Notes: generated by a model from the letters alone, not told the origin. Shown: positions 10,491 through 20,191, numbered from the stretch's first letter. The stretch: 49,799 bases of DNA from Rhodoferax sp. (GCA_031360805.1 JANMCB010000451.1:1-49799), one strand, 5' to 3'. A program made the numbers and translations.

Positions 10491-11788
10491 TGACTGGCTC
10501 CTGGCGCCGGGCTCAAGCGCGTGCGAACTCCCAGGGCCAGCAACAAGCCCAGCGTCACCACAAAGAAGTCGCCAATCAGCCCGTCGTACAGCGATGAATT
10601 GAACAGGCAGGCAATTGCCATGGCCGTCAGAACGCTCTGGGTGCTTCGGGCCACGGGGGCATCAAAACCCCTGGCATCCTTAAAAATGCACACCATGAGC
10701 GCGACCAGCAACAGGACGCCCGGCACACCCAGCTCCACGCCCCACAGCAAGTACTCCTGGTGCGGGTTGCTGCCATTGCCGCTGCCAAATACCTTGGTTG
10801 CTGAACTTCCTTCAAGGCGCTTGACCGTGTCTGTCCAGTTGCCCACCCCATGGCCGATCAACGGACTCTCCCGAATGCCCTGAAGCGAGCGGTGCCAGGC
10901 GTTCAGTCGCCAGCCGGAGGATGTGACGATTTCGGACTGCTGCGCGTAGGCCTGGCCCTCGGGCACGATCTTGGAGACCCGGCCGTGAAAAGTTTGTGAC
11001 CCGAAGTACAAGACCGTCATGACCGCGGCCGGCACCGCAACAAGGCACAGCAGGCGCCATCTTCTGGGCAGATCCCACAAAATGGTCAAGGCAATCATCG
11101 CGAAGGCAACGAGGTAACCCGTGCGCCCCTGTTGAAACAGCAGAACATTGACCAGTGCCGCCACTGCGACCACGGCGGCCAGCCAGCCTGGCCATAAACG
11201 CAATGACCGCAGGTGCCAGATCACGCCGGCTGAGGTGGCAAAAATGAGCGATTGGTCCAGGTAGCTGGAGAACACCGCGTACTGGCCTTGGTGGTTATCC
11301 GCCCAGCCAATCGGCACGCCCGCGACCAGCAGCCAGGCGGTGAGCACGTAAACGGCCTGCCCCAGCGCAAACGCAGCAATGGCGATTCGTGCCTCGCGCG
11401 CCGTGCGGATCAGGCCCACCAGCAACACAATTTCAATGGCCTTGGCGTGCTTGACCGCAATCGTCAGGGCGTCACCCAGGTCCGCATCAGTCCAGGCAAG
11501 ACTCAAAGCAAAGGCCAGGCAGATCACCAGAACGGCGGGCACGGTCAAGAGCTGCCTGAATGCGATTTCGGGGCTTCGGCGCCAGCACATTGCGCAGAGG
11601 TAAAACAGGCAGGCCACCACCAGAATCACTTTGGCGATGCTGATCAGTGCAATGGGCAGGCTGACCGAGATGGCCACCAGGCAGGCCAGAATCAGTCGAA
11701 AACTCCAACCCGCGTCAGATGCCGCGTCGCCACGCTTCCCAGTGGTCTGCAGGGGCAAGAAAAATGCAGCAAATGCGGGTTTCAGCAT
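10487..11788 (-). CDS. O-antigen ligase (WaaL/Wzy_C) family membrane protein
   Basis: Polytopic membrane protein with a periplasmic loop and NPHQEYLLWGVELGVPG (Wzy_C-like H-N/E-x-x-L motif). ATG 11788 was chosen because the 11854 start overlaps the upstream GT2 by 49 nt. The start remains uncertain. Confidence 0.7.
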   Translation of the reverse strand: MLKPAFAAFFLPLQTTGKRGDAASDAGWSFRLILACLVAISVSLPIALISIAKVILVVACLFYLCAMCWRRSPEIAFRQLLTVPAVLVICLAFALSLAWTDADLGDALTIAVKHAKAIEIVLLVGLIRTAREARIAIAAFALGQAVYVLTAWLLVAGVPIGWADNHQGQYAVFSSYLDQSLIFATSAGVIWHLRSLRLWPGWLAAVVAVAALVNVLLFQQGRTGYLVAFAMIALTILWDLPRRWRLLCLVAVPAAVMTVLYFGSQTFHGRVSKIVPEGQAYAQQSEIVTSSGWRLNAWHRSLQGIRESPLIGHGVGNWTDTVKRLEGSSATKVFGSGNGSNPHQEYLLWGVELGVPGVLLLVALMVCIFKDARGFDAPVARSTQSVLTAMAIACLFNSSLYDGLIGDFFVVTLGLLLALGVRTRLSPAPGASQ

Positions 11789-11805
11789 GGGCTCAGGCAA
11801 TGACT

Positions 11806-12606
11806 TCAAGCCTTGGGGCCAGATGCGGTGGAATCGCTGGCAGGGGCTTGCCAAAGCGCGCCCTTTTGAATTTCAATGGCTTTGACGTATCGGTAAAACG
11901 TGCCCTCGAAATTGCCAATTGCGATCACAAGGCCAGCCCAGCCATCCAGAAAACCAAGCTTGAAAATGTAGTGCTTCACGAACGCCCAGATACCGTGCGA
12001 CAGGGCGCTTGCCATCGACAGCGGCCGGTGCGAAATTCGTTCTGCACCGAGCGACGAGTAGCGGTTCGCCTTGTGCATCACTTCGCTCATGTTTTTGAAC
12101 GGGAACTGCCAGATCGCATTTTTGAGATGGCCCAGCGGCCGGCTGGTGTTCAAAATATAGCCTTCGTGCACGGCTTTCTGGTCATAGGCCAGCGCGCCCT
12201 TGCGAAAAAATTGCGGTTGGCGGTAATTGGGGTACCAGCCCGAATGCCTGATCCAGCGGCCCATGAAGTAGTTGCGCCGTGGCACCCAGTAGGCGTCGGC
12301 CGCGTCCGGGTCCTTCATCAGCGCGAGAATTTCGGCCTGCACGGGCGCAGTACAGCGCTCGTCGGCATCCAGGCTGAAAATCCATTCATGGGTGCAAGCG
12401 GCAAGGGCACGGTTGCGCAAGTCACCAAACCCCTTGAAATCCACCTGAACGACTCGGGCGCCCAAACGGGCGGCGATGTCGGGGGTGCCGTCCGTGCTCC
12501 AGGAATCCACCAGCACCACTTCATCCGCCCACCGGGCGCTCTCTATGGTGGCAGCTACTTTTTCGGCTTCATTGAAGGCGATGATGTAGACGGAAATCTT
12601 GCTCAT
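11806..12606 (-). CDS. Glycosyltransferase family 2, LPS core (WaaE/KdtX-like)
   Basis: ISVYIIAFNEAEKV...VVLVDSWSTDGT...FSLDADE. ATG 12606 is preferred over TTG 12627. Confidence 0.8.
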   Translation of the reverse strand: MSKISVYIIAFNEAEKVAATIESARWADEVVLVDSWSTDGTPDIAARLGARVVQVDFKGFGDLRNRALAACTHEWIFSLDADERCTAPVQAEILALMKDPDAADAYWVPRRNYFMGRWIRHSGWYPNYRQPQFFRKGALAYDQKAVHEGYILNTSRPLGHLKNAIWQFPFKNMSEVMHKANRYSSLGAERISHRPLSMASALSHGIWAFVKHYIFKLGFLDGWAGLVIAIGNFEGTFYRYVKAIEIQKGALWQAPASDSTASGPKA

Positions 12607-12740
12607 CGGGGGGAAATCGGAGTGCAAACAGAGTGCAAAACGGGGCGCAACAAAGGTCCAAAAAGGGAGTGTTAGTATTCGGCGGCGCTTATGCAGGGCA
12701 GCAGGACTTGCCCTTTCGGCCCCAAGTAGTCTAGTTCAAA

Positions 12741-13604
12741 ATGAAACCCGTCCCGTCAGTCTCTGTGGTCGTCACGACCTACAACCGAAGCGATGCCCTG
12801 TTGGCCGTGCTGGACGGGTTGTCGCGCCAGACGGATCGCCAGTTTGACGTGGTGGTGGCCGATGACGGCTCGCAGGCACCGCACCAGAAGGCGATTCTTG
12901 ACTCACGTGTTGCGCGTGCGCTCAGTGCCGTTCATGTCTGGCATCCGGATGTGGGGTTTACCGCCTCGCGCGCCAGAAACCGCGGTGTACGGGCCGCGCT
13001 GGGTGACTACATCATTTTTTTGGACGGTGACTGTGTGCCTGAACGAGATTTCATCACCCGCCACAAGGCACTTTCGCAAAGCGGCTGTTTTGTCAATGGC
13101 AGCCGGGTGCTGCTCTCGCGGGAACTGACACAGCGGGTGCTGGACGGCCAGGAAACGGTTGACGGGCGTTCCACGATGTTCTGGCTCAAGCAGCGCCTCT
13201 CTGGCAATGCCAGCAAGTTGACGGGCTTGTTGCGGCTGCCGGATGGGTCGATGCGCATCGACCGTTTGTTCACCTGGAAGGGAATCCGCAGCTGCAACAT
13301 GGCAGTTTGGCGGCAAGACTTTGAAACTATTGACGGCTTTGACGAGTCGTACATTGGCTGGGGACACGAAGACGCTGACTTTGCGCTTCGCCTTCACAAC
13401 GCGGGCGTGGTGCGCAAAAACGGCTTCTGTGCAACAGAGGTGTTTCACCTTTGGCACAAGGAAGCCAGTCGTAACAAAGAGTCACACAATGCCGCCCGGG
13501 TGGCTGCCCGTATGAGTGCCACCGAACGCATTGCCCGCGCTGCTATGGGTTATTCTCAGCCACGACTGAGTGACGATGTGGTAATTTCAAGACTTGGAAA
13601 GTGA
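12741..13604 (+). CDS. Glycosyltransferase family 2 (with galactosyltransferase-type C-terminal region)
   Basis: VSVVVTTYNRSDAL...DVVVADDGS...FLDGDCVP...GFDESYIGWGHEDADFALRL. Confidence 0.8.
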   Translation: MKPVPSVSVVVTTYNRSDALLAVLDGLSRQTDRQFDVVVADDGSQAPHQKAILDSRVARALSAVHVWHPDVGFTASRARNRGVRAALGDYIIFLDGDCVPERDFITRHKALSQSGCFVNGSRVLLSRELTQRVLDGQETVDGRSTMFWLKQRLSGNASKLTGLLRLPDGSMRIDRLFTWKGIRSCNMAVWRQDFETIDGFDESYIGWGHEDADFALRLHNAGVVRKNGFCATEVFHLWHKEASRNKESHNAARVAARMSATERIARAAMGYSQPRLSDDVVISRLGK

Positions 13605-13619
13605 CTGGACCTTGAATCA

Positions 13620-14888
13620 ATGATCAAAAGAGTATTGGGTTTTCTGCTATTGACCCTGGTGGCCTTTTCGGCCGTCGCCCAGTTCAGGGTCGAGGTCTCG
13701 GGCGTCGGCCTGACCCAGCTTCCGATTGGGGTGGCAACTTTTCGCGGCGACGACGCATCACCGCAAAAAATGGGAGCCATCATCCTGGCCGACCTGGAAC
13801 GCAGCGGTCAGTTTCGCGGTGTTGACAATGGCGGCGCGACACTGGATGAGGTGACCCGCCCGGATGTGTCGGTTTGGCGCCAAAAGGGCGCTGATTCTTT
13901 GGTCACCGGCAGCGTCGTTCGTCTGGCGGATGGCCGTTTTGATGTGCGTTTCAGGCTTTGGGATGTGGTGCGAGGGCAGGACCTGGGCGGCCAAAGCTAT
14001 GCCGTGACGCAAGGCGACCTGCGCCTGGCGGCGCATCGCATTGCGGATTTTGTCTACGAGAAGCTGACCGGCGACAAAGGGATATTTTCCACACGCATTG
14101 CTTACATCACCAAGGTGCAGACGCGCTACAACCTGTGGGTTGCCGACGCAGACGGAGAGAACGCCCAGTCAGCTCTGGCAAGCCCCGAGCCCATCATTTC
14201 ACCCGCCTGGTCGCCCAACGGCGCACAACTGGCATACGTGTCGTTTGAATCGCGCAAGCCCGTCGTGTATGTGCACGATGTGGCCAGTGGCAGGCGCCGC
14301 CTGGTCGCCAACTTCCGGGGCTCCAACAGCGCGCCGGCCTGGTCGCCTGACAGCAAGACCCTGGCGGTCACGCTGAGCCGGGACGGTGGCTCACAGCTGT
14401 ACAACATTGACGCGGCGGGCGGCGAACCGCGTCGCCTGGCGCAGTCCGGCAGCATTGACACCGAACCCGCCTATTCACCCGATGGCAAGAGCCTCTATTT
14501 TGTAAGCGACCGTGGCGGCGCCCCGCAAATTTACAGGATGAGCCCAAGCGGTGCGAATCCCGAGCGCGTCACGTTCGCGGGCGGTTACAACATTTCGCCC
14601 GCGTTGAGCCCGGACGGCCGCTGGCTTGCCTATGTTTCCCGAGTAAGCGGTGCTTTCAAACTGCATGTGATGGAACTGGCAACCGGCACGGTGACGGCGA
14701 TTACTGATTCCACGGCGGACGAAAGCCCGAGCTTTTCACCCAACAGCCGCCTGATTGTTTATGCGACGACAGTGCAGGGCAGAGAGGCACTGATGACCAC
14801 CACCGTTGACGGGAAAATCAAAGCCCGGCTGGGCGGACAAAGTGGAGATATCCGCGAGCCCGATTGGGGCCCGTTCCAGAAGCAATGA
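13620..14888 (+). CDS. tolB: Tol-Pal system beta-propeller protein TolB
   Basis: 422 aa. Signal peptide followed by repeated PAWSPDG/PAYSPDG/PALSPDG/PSFSPN blades. Confidence 0.93.
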   Translation: MIKRVLGFLLLTLVAFSAVAQFRVEVSGVGLTQLPIGVATFRGDDASPQKMGAIILADLERSGQFRGVDNGGATLDEVTRPDVSVWRQKGADSLVTGSVVRLADGRFDVRFRLWDVVRGQDLGGQSYAVTQGDLRLAAHRIADFVYEKLTGDKGIFSTRIAYITKVQTRYNLWVADADGENAQSALASPEPIISPAWSPNGAQLAYVSFESRKPVVYVHDVASGRRRLVANFRGSNSAPAWSPDSKTLAVTLSRDGGSQLYNIDAAGGEPRRLAQSGSIDTEPAYSPDGKSLYFVSDRGGAPQIYRMSPSGANPERVTFAGGYNISPALSPDGRWLAYVSRVSGAFKLHVMELATGTVTAITDSTADESPSFSPNSRLIVYATTVQGREALMTTTVDGKIKARLGGQSGDIREPDWGPFQKQ

Positions 14889-14946
14889 ATACTTTTAAAC
14901 AACCCAGCCGGGTTGAGCACCAAATTATTTGACTGGGAGTTACCTG

Positions 14947-15495
14947 ATGAAGAAAATTTTGCTGGTAGTTGGGCTGACAGCCCTGTTGGTGGCGTGCGGA
15001 TCCTCCGTGAAGCTGGATGATGTTCCGGTGCAGGACATTTCGGGCAAAACCGTGACGCCTGGCGACCCGTCCAAATCGGGAACGGGCACCGGGGGCGGTG
15101 CCGTCACCGCGACCAACGTCACTCCGGTTGACATCAACAAACCAAGCCAGGATGGCGCAGCACCGGCGGGTCCTCGCGTCGTCTATTTTGATTACGACAG
15201 TTTCGTGATCAAACCCGAGTTTCAGCCAGTGATCGAAGCCCATGCGCGTTATCTCAAAGCGGACAAGAACCGAAAAATGGCAATCGAAGGCCACACCGAC
15301 GAGCGTGGCGGACGCGAGTACAACCTTGCATTGGGGCAAAAGCGCAGCGAAGCGGTTCGCCGGGCGCTGGGATTGCTCGGCGCCACCGACTCCCAGATTG
15401 AAGCCGTTAGTTTTGGCAAGGAAAAGCCAGCCGCAGCGGGCGTTGATGAGTCCGCTTTCGCGAAAAACCGCCGTGCCGAAATTAATTACCGATAA
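14947..15495 (+). CDS. pal: Peptidoglycan-associated lipoprotein Pal
   Basis: Lipobox LLVAC. OmpA-like C-terminus (VYFDYDSFVIKPE...IEGHTDERGGREYNLALGQKRSEAV...NRRAEI). GGGAG Shine-Dalgarno sequence upstream of ATG 14947. Confidence 0.93.
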   Translation: MKKILLVVGLTALLVACGSSVKLDDVPVQDISGKTVTPGDPSKSGTGTGGGAVTATNVTPVDINKPSQDGAAPAGPRVVYFDYDSFVIKPEFQPVIEAHARYLKADKNRKMAIEGHTDERGGREYNLALGQKRSEAVRRALGLLGATDSQIEAVSFGKEKPAAAGVDESAFAKNRRAEINYR

Positions 15496-15501
15496 GTTGC
15501 G

Positions 15502-16326
15502 ATGACTTGGAAAATCTTGCGAACATTTTTTGCGGTCCTGGCGTCCTTCTTCTGGATCGGCTCGGCCAGTGCGGGCCTTTTTGACGATGAAGAAGCCCGC
15601 AAGGCCATTCTGGACCTGCGCCAACGGCTTGAGACGGTGCGCCAGGAGTCTGACCAGAAGCTCACCGAGCAAAACCGGCGCAATGCCGAAGAAACCAGTC
15701 AGCTCAGACGGAGTTTGCTTGAACTGCAAAACCTGATTGAGTCATTGAAAGCCGATATGGCGCGGCTCACAGGTCAAAATGAGCAGATCGCCCGCTCCTT
15801 GTCCGAGCAACAGCGGCCGGTGGCCGAACTGCAGCGCCAGGTTGCAGATTTGCAGCGCCAGCAAAAGGACTCAACCCTGGTGGTTGAGGAGCGGCTGCGC
15901 AAGTTTGAGCCGGTCAAAGTGACCGTTGACGGACGCGAGTTTTTGGCCGAACCCAATGAAAAGCGTGATTTTGATGCGGCTCTGGCGGTCTTCAGAAAAG
16001 GCGAATTCGCCTCAGCCCAGACGGCATTTGTCGACTTCCTGAAACGCAATCCGCAAAGTGGCTATGGCCCTTCCAGCCTGTTCTGGCTGGGCAATGCGCA
16101 GTATGCGACGCGGGATTACAAGGAAGCTGTGACCAATTTCCGTTCGCTGATTTCACTTTCGCCGGATCATCTGCGGGCGCCCGAGGCTGTGCTGTCGATC
16201 GCTAACTGCCAGATCGAACTCAAAGACACACGAGGTGCACGCAAGACTTTCGAAGATCTGCTTAAAGCCTATCCACAGTCCGAAGCGGCGCTGGCTGGCA
16301 AGGAGCGCCTGGCGCGGTTGAAGTAG
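15502..16326 (+). CDS. ybgF: Tol-Pal system protein YbgF/CpoB
   Basis: Signal peptide, a coiled-coil region, and C-terminal TPR repeats (LFWLGNAQYATRDYKEAVTNF...). Lies downstream of pal. Confidence 0.88.
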   Translation: MTWKILRTFFAVLASFFWIGSASAGLFDDEEARKAILDLRQRLETVRQESDQKLTEQNRRNAEETSQLRRSLLELQNLIESLKADMARLTGQNEQIARSLSEQQRPVAELQRQVADLQRQQKDSTLVVEERLRKFEPVKVTVDGREFLAEPNEKRDFDAALAVFRKGEFASAQTAFVDFLKRNPQSGYGPSSLFWLGNAQYATRDYKEAVTNFRSLISLSPDHLRAPEAVLSIANCQIELKDTRGARKTFEDLLKAYPQSEAALAGKERLARLK

Positions 16327-16381
16327 GCTTGGTTTGACGGCCCTGCGCAGGCCGGGTTGCCCCACCTCGTAAAATCGGGGA

Positions 16382-17497
16382 ATGCAAGTTTCTGAATTGT
16401 CCTGGCTGAACACCCAAGTTCTTTGGGCTGGTTTTCTACTTTCCGTCATGTTTGGTGCCATCGCGCAACGCACCCACTTTTGCACCATGGGGGCCGTCAG
16501 CGACGTGGTCAACATGGGCGACTGGACCCGCTTGGGCCAGTGGGTGCTGGCCATGGGGGTGGCCATGATCGGTTTTGCCCTGCTTGGCTACACGGGTCTG
16601 ATTGACCCTGCCAAGACCCTGCACGCCTCCACGCGCTGGACCTGGCTGTCAGCCAGTGTCGGTGGCGCCCTGTTTGGTTTTGGCATGGTACTGGCGTCGG
16701 GGTGCGGCAGTAAAACGCTGGTGCGCATTGGCGCAGGCAGCCTGAAGTCTATTGTCGTTCTGATTGTGATGGCCGTTGCTGCATTTGCCACCCTCAAAGG
16801 GATCACTGCGGTGCTTCGTGTTGCCACGGTTGACAGGGTTGCCGTGGAGATGGCGTCAGGCGTGACTTTGTGGCAATTTGCAGCGGCGACCTTCGGGGTC
16901 AAACCTGCCCTGGCAGGGCTGGGATTGGGTGTCGGCCTGGGTGGTGCGCTGGCCGTCTGGGCGATGTCGCGGCAAGGGTTTTTCAAGCTTGACAATCTTC
17001 TGGCCGGGATTGGTATTGGTCTGGTGATCTCGGCCATGTGGTGGGTCAGCGGCGGACTGGGCTATGTTGGGGAACACCCCGAGACCCTGCAGGAAGCCTT
17101 TTTGGCAACCAATTCAGGCCGCTCGGAAGCCCTGAGCTTCGTGGCGCCAGTGGCCTACACGCTGGATTGGTTGATGTTTTTCAGTGACAAGAGCAAGCTG
17201 TTGACGCTGGGGATTGTGTCGGTGGTGGGCGTGATTGCCGGCTCTGCGGCTACCGCATTGATCACCCGGACGTTTCGTTGGGAGGGATTTGGCAGTGTGG
17301 AAGATGTCGGAAACCATCTGGTCGGCGCTGTGTTGATGGGTGTCGGTGGCGTCACGGCGATGGGATGCACCGTGGGCCAGGGCTTGACCGGCATCTCGAC
17401 GCTGAGCGCCAACAGTTTTGTCGCGGTGGCGGCGATCATTGCCGGCGCCGTGCTTGCCTTCAAGTACCAGATTTGGCGCCTCGACCGTGCTGCGTGA
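16382..17497 (+). CDS. YeeE/YedE family inner-membrane (thiosulfate/sulfur compound) transporter
   Basis: 371-aa polytopic protein with duplicated halves bearing the conserved Cys motifs (FCTMGAVSD, ASGCGSKTL, AMGCTVGQG). Confidence 0.8.
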   Translation: MQVSELSWLNTQVLWAGFLLSVMFGAIAQRTHFCTMGAVSDVVNMGDWTRLGQWVLAMGVAMIGFALLGYTGLIDPAKTLHASTRWTWLSASVGGALFGFGMVLASGCGSKTLVRIGAGSLKSIVVLIVMAVAAFATLKGITAVLRVATVDRVAVEMASGVTLWQFAAATFGVKPALAGLGLGVGLGGALAVWAMSRQGFFKLDNLLAGIGIGLVISAMWWVSGGLGYVGEHPETLQEAFLATNSGRSEALSFVAPVAYTLDWLMFFSDKSKLLTLGIVSVVGVIAGSAATALITRTFRWEGFGSVEDVGNHLVGAVLMGVGGVTAMGCTVGQGLTGISTLSANSFVAVAAIIAGAVLAFKYQIWRLDRAA

Positions 17498-17502
17498 TTG
17501 CC

Positions 17503-18339
17503 ATGGTTGACAGCGTCGGCTTGATGCCGCCCCAGTCGCAAAGCGGCCCGGCCGAAGTTCAGGACGACATGGATTTCGACCGCCGTTTTGGTGGCCTGGC
17601 GCGGCTGTATGGCGCAGCCGGCGCAGCCCGGGTCTGGGACTCGCATGTCGTTGTGGTGGGTATTGGCGGTGTGGGTTCGTGGGCCGTTGAGGCACTGGCG
17701 CGAAGCGGGGTTGCCCGCCTGACGCTGATAGACCTGGATCATGTCTCGGAGTCCAATATCAACCGCCAAATTCACGCGCTGGACAACACATTGGGGCAGG
17801 CCAAGGTGCTTGCCATGCGCGAGCGCATCGCTCACATCAACCCGCGTTGTGAAGTCGAGTGCATTGAGGCTTTTGTGGACGCGGACAATTGGCCGCAACT
17901 GCTGCAAAGTGGTGAAACCAGCCGAACTTCAGCCGTCGATGCAGTCATTGACGCCTGCGACCAGGTCAGGGCGAAAGTTGCCCTGGCGGCATGGGCGCGC
18001 CAAACGCAAACGCTGTTCATTTCAGTGGGTGCTGCAGGCGGCAAGCGCCAGGCCCATCAGGTTGACATTGATGATTTGAGCGCTGTCACGCATGATCCCT
18101 TGCTGGCCCAGGTGCGAGCGCGCCTGCGCAAGGAGCACTCGGCAGCCCGCGAAGGAAAGAAGATGGGCGTGCCCTGTGTGTTCAGTCGCGAGGCGGTGAT
18201 GGCGCCCGTGGCGTTGGGTGCCGCTGGCACAGACAGCACGCTGAATTGTCATGGCTATGGGTCAGCGGTCAGCGTCACGGCCACCTTCGGCCAATGCGCG
18301 GCTGGTTGGGTGCTTGATAAAATTTCATCCGCCTTGTAA
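17503..18339 (+). CDS. tcdA: tRNA threonylcarbamoyladenosine dehydratase (ThiF/MoeB-fold E1-like)
   Basis: FGGLARLYG....VVVVGIGGVGSWAVEALARSGV..LTLIDLDHVSESNINRQIHAL. ATG 17503 lies just after the yeeE stop. Confidence 0.85.
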   Translation: MVDSVGLMPPQSQSGPAEVQDDMDFDRRFGGLARLYGAAGAARVWDSHVVVVGIGGVGSWAVEALARSGVARLTLIDLDHVSESNINRQIHALDNTLGQAKVLAMRERIAHINPRCEVECIEAFVDADNWPQLLQSGETSRTSAVDAVIDACDQVRAKVALAAWARQTQTLFISVGAAGGKRQAHQVDIDDLSAVTHDPLLAQVRARLRKEHSAAREGKKMGVPCVFSREAVMAPVALGAAGTDSTLNCHGYGSAVSVTATFGQCAAGWVLDKISSAL

Positions 18340-18448
18340 AAGGTTTGAGAAAATCAACGCTATAATTGAAGGCTTTGCAGCATGGTGATAATCAGGCTGC
18401 ATGGGCAGACCGGCCAGGTGCATCAAGTGCCCGGCTCCACGCCTTGAG

Positions 18449-18524
18449 GGGATGTTAGCTCAGTTGGTAGAGCAGCGGACTTTTAATCCGTTTGTCGTGG
18501 GTTCGACCCCCGCACATCCCACCA
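18449..18524 (+). tRNA. tRNA-Lys (anticodon UUU)
   Basis: The cloverleaf was read by eye. Acceptor stem GGGATGT/ACATCCC, D-arm AGCTCAGTTGGTAGAGC, anticodon loop CTTTTAA, T-arm GTGGGTTCGACCCCCGC, encoded CCA. Confidence 0.93.
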
Positions 18525-18531
18525 GAATTTG

Positions 18532-18577
18532 AAGGCCTGTACCATCATGAACCATGACGGTACAGGCCTTTTCTGTT
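18532..18577 (+). terminator. Rho-independent terminator after tRNA-Lys
   Basis: 12-bp perfect stem AAGGCCTGTACC / GGTACAGGCCTT followed by TTCTGTT. Confidence 0.7.
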
Positions 18578-18672
18578 GGTGCGGCTATCCCGGACGGCCA
18601 TCGGCCCGCCGGTTGTGCAGGCAGCGCCAAGTTGTCAACCCGTGTGTCCCGGTCACCGCTACACTAAGCAAA

Positions 18673-19311
18673 ATGGCCCGCTTAAATACTCCTTTCGAAA
18701 TCCATGTGCATGGCCAGGTGCCGTTGCGCGCGGACGTCAGTTTTGAGAACATCCAGGACGCGCTCAAGCCGCTCTGGAAGTACGCCGGTGCGCGCTCGCT
18801 CACCGATGGTGCAACCAGCGCCTATGAAGACGAGCCTGGCATTACCTTCGATGCAAAGGCGCATCTGCTGCAGCTTTGCTGGACGGTGCCCGGCGACGAC
18901 GCTTTCCGGCAGGTGCTTGACGAAATGTGCATGAGCCTCAACGAGTTGAGTGAAACCGGCGCAACCATCGAAGTGACCTTCTACGACACTGACTTTGATG
19001 AAGATGACGATGAATCCGGTGAAGAATCACGCGACGATTTCATCATGCTGTTCGTTGGCCCCAATCCGGCAGCCATCATGCAGGTGCAAAGGGATTTGCT
19101 GGTCCAGGACATGATCAGCCTGATGGAGCGCCACTTTGACGGCGCTGAGCTTTCAGGTGTCGTGGCCGAGGTGGACAAACTGTTTGCGCGCCGTTTTGAC
19201 TCGCTGGTGAACTCGCTGGAGTTGGGCCGTCCGCCGCGCGGTTCGGGTGGCTCGGGCGGTTCAGGCGGGCAAGGTCACGGCGGCGGGCGCAAGCCGCGTC
19301 ATCTGCATTGA
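18673..19311 (+). CDS. Hypothetical protein with an acidic central stretch and a Gly/Ser-rich basic tail
   Basis: 212 aa from ATG 18673 (MARLNTPFEIHVHG...). Earlier in-frame starts fall inside the tRNA terminator. No obvious Shine-Dalgarno sequence. No family recognised. Confidence 0.5.
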   Translation: MARLNTPFEIHVHGQVPLRADVSFENIQDALKPLWKYAGARSLTDGATSAYEDEPGITFDAKAHLLQLCWTVPGDDAFRQVLDEMCMSLNELSETGATIEVTFYDTDFDEDDDESGEESRDDFIMLFVGPNPAAIMQVQRDLLVQDMISLMERHFDGAELSGVVAEVDKLFARRFDSLVNSLELGRPPRGSGGSGGSGGQGHGGGRKPRHLH

Positions 19312-19330
19312 CGGACACTTCTGTTCATTT

Positions 19331-19381
19331 GGTATTTGCTATATAATAAATAGCAAACTTCTTAATAAATACGAGGGCTAG
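19331..19381 (+). repeat. Copy B of the AT-rich intergenic repeat family
   Basis: ggtaTTTGCTATataataaATAGCAAActtcttaATAAATACGAGGGCTAg. Shares the palindrome and the ATACGAGGGCTA box with copies A and C. Confidence 0.8.
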
Positions 19382-19475
19382 ACGGTTATTTCATTGGTTT
19401 TTTAGCTAAAACCGGTGAAATTGGTGGTCAATAAACCCAATTTGGGTATATTGAGCCGCTCCTCGGCTTGCTGTT

Positions 19476-20180
19476 TCAGCGCTTCTGGTATTGGGTGGAT
19501 CCAAACAGAATCTCGCGGGCCTTGTCGTCAGTGACGGGTTTGCGCAAGTCCGCCAACACCTGTACGCCACGGATAACGGCAGGGCGTTCGGCGATGCGGT
19601 CAAACCACACCTTGAGCCGCGGGTAGTCCGCCCACTCAATGCCCTGGTTGGCCCAGCTTCGCAGCCACGGAAAAATCGAAATATCGGCAATGCTGTACTG
19701 GCTGCCAGCAATGAACTTGCTGTTTGCAAGCTGCCGGTCCATCACGCCGTAAAGGCGTTTGGTCTCATTGGTGTAACGGTTGACGGCATACTCGATTTTC
19801 TCTGGCGCGTAAATGCGAAAGTGGTGGGTTTGACCGAGCATCGGGCCCACGCCGCCCATCTGGAACATCAGCCACTGCAGCACTTCAAATTTCTGGCGGT
19901 CAGTCTTTGGCAGGAACTTGCTGGTTTTGGCCGCCAGATACAGCAAAATTGCGCCAGATTCAAACAGCGATATCGGCTTGCCGTTGGGCCCATCCGGATC
20001 GGTCAACGCTGGAATTTTGTTGTTCGGGCTTATTTTCAGGAACTCGGGCTTGAACTGGTCGCCAGTACCAATGTTCACGGGAATTGCCTCCCAGTCACGC
20101 CCCAAACGAAAGCCACATTCTTCGAGCATGACGTGAACCTTGTGACCGTTCGGGGTAGGCCAGGTATAGACTTTGATCAT
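19476..20180 (-). CDS. Glutathione S-transferase, Nu-class (YfcG/YghU-like)
   Basis: 234 aa: YTWPTPNGHKVHVMLEE....QFKPEFLKISPNNKIPAL resembles E. coli YfcG (recalled from memory). Confidence 0.88.
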   Translation of the reverse strand: MIKVYTWPTPNGHKVHVMLEECGFRLGRDWEAIPVNIGTGDQFKPEFLKISPNNKIPALTDPDGPNGKPISLFESGAILLYLAAKTSKFLPKTDRQKFEVLQWLMFQMGGVGPMLGQTHHFRIYAPEKIEYAVNRYTNETKRLYGVMDRQLANSKFIAGSQYSIADISIFPWLRSWANQGIEWADYPRLKVWFDRIAERPAVIRGVQVLADLRKPVTDDKAREILFGSTQYQKR

Positions 20181-20191
20181 GATTGGCCGGG

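Noticed and set aside
12620-12641. 11-bp tandem GAGTGCAAA(C/A)N x2 in the divergent spacer between the two GT2 genes
   Set aside because: There are only two units and no palindromic character. This could be chance in a short AT-richer promoter region, so it is noted but not pursued.
18449-19475. tRNA-Lys as the integration site of a genomic island
   Set aside because: There is no integrase. I could find no direct repeat of the tRNA 3' end downstream. The single downstream ORF has native-looking GC content, and core metabolic genes resume after about 1 kb.
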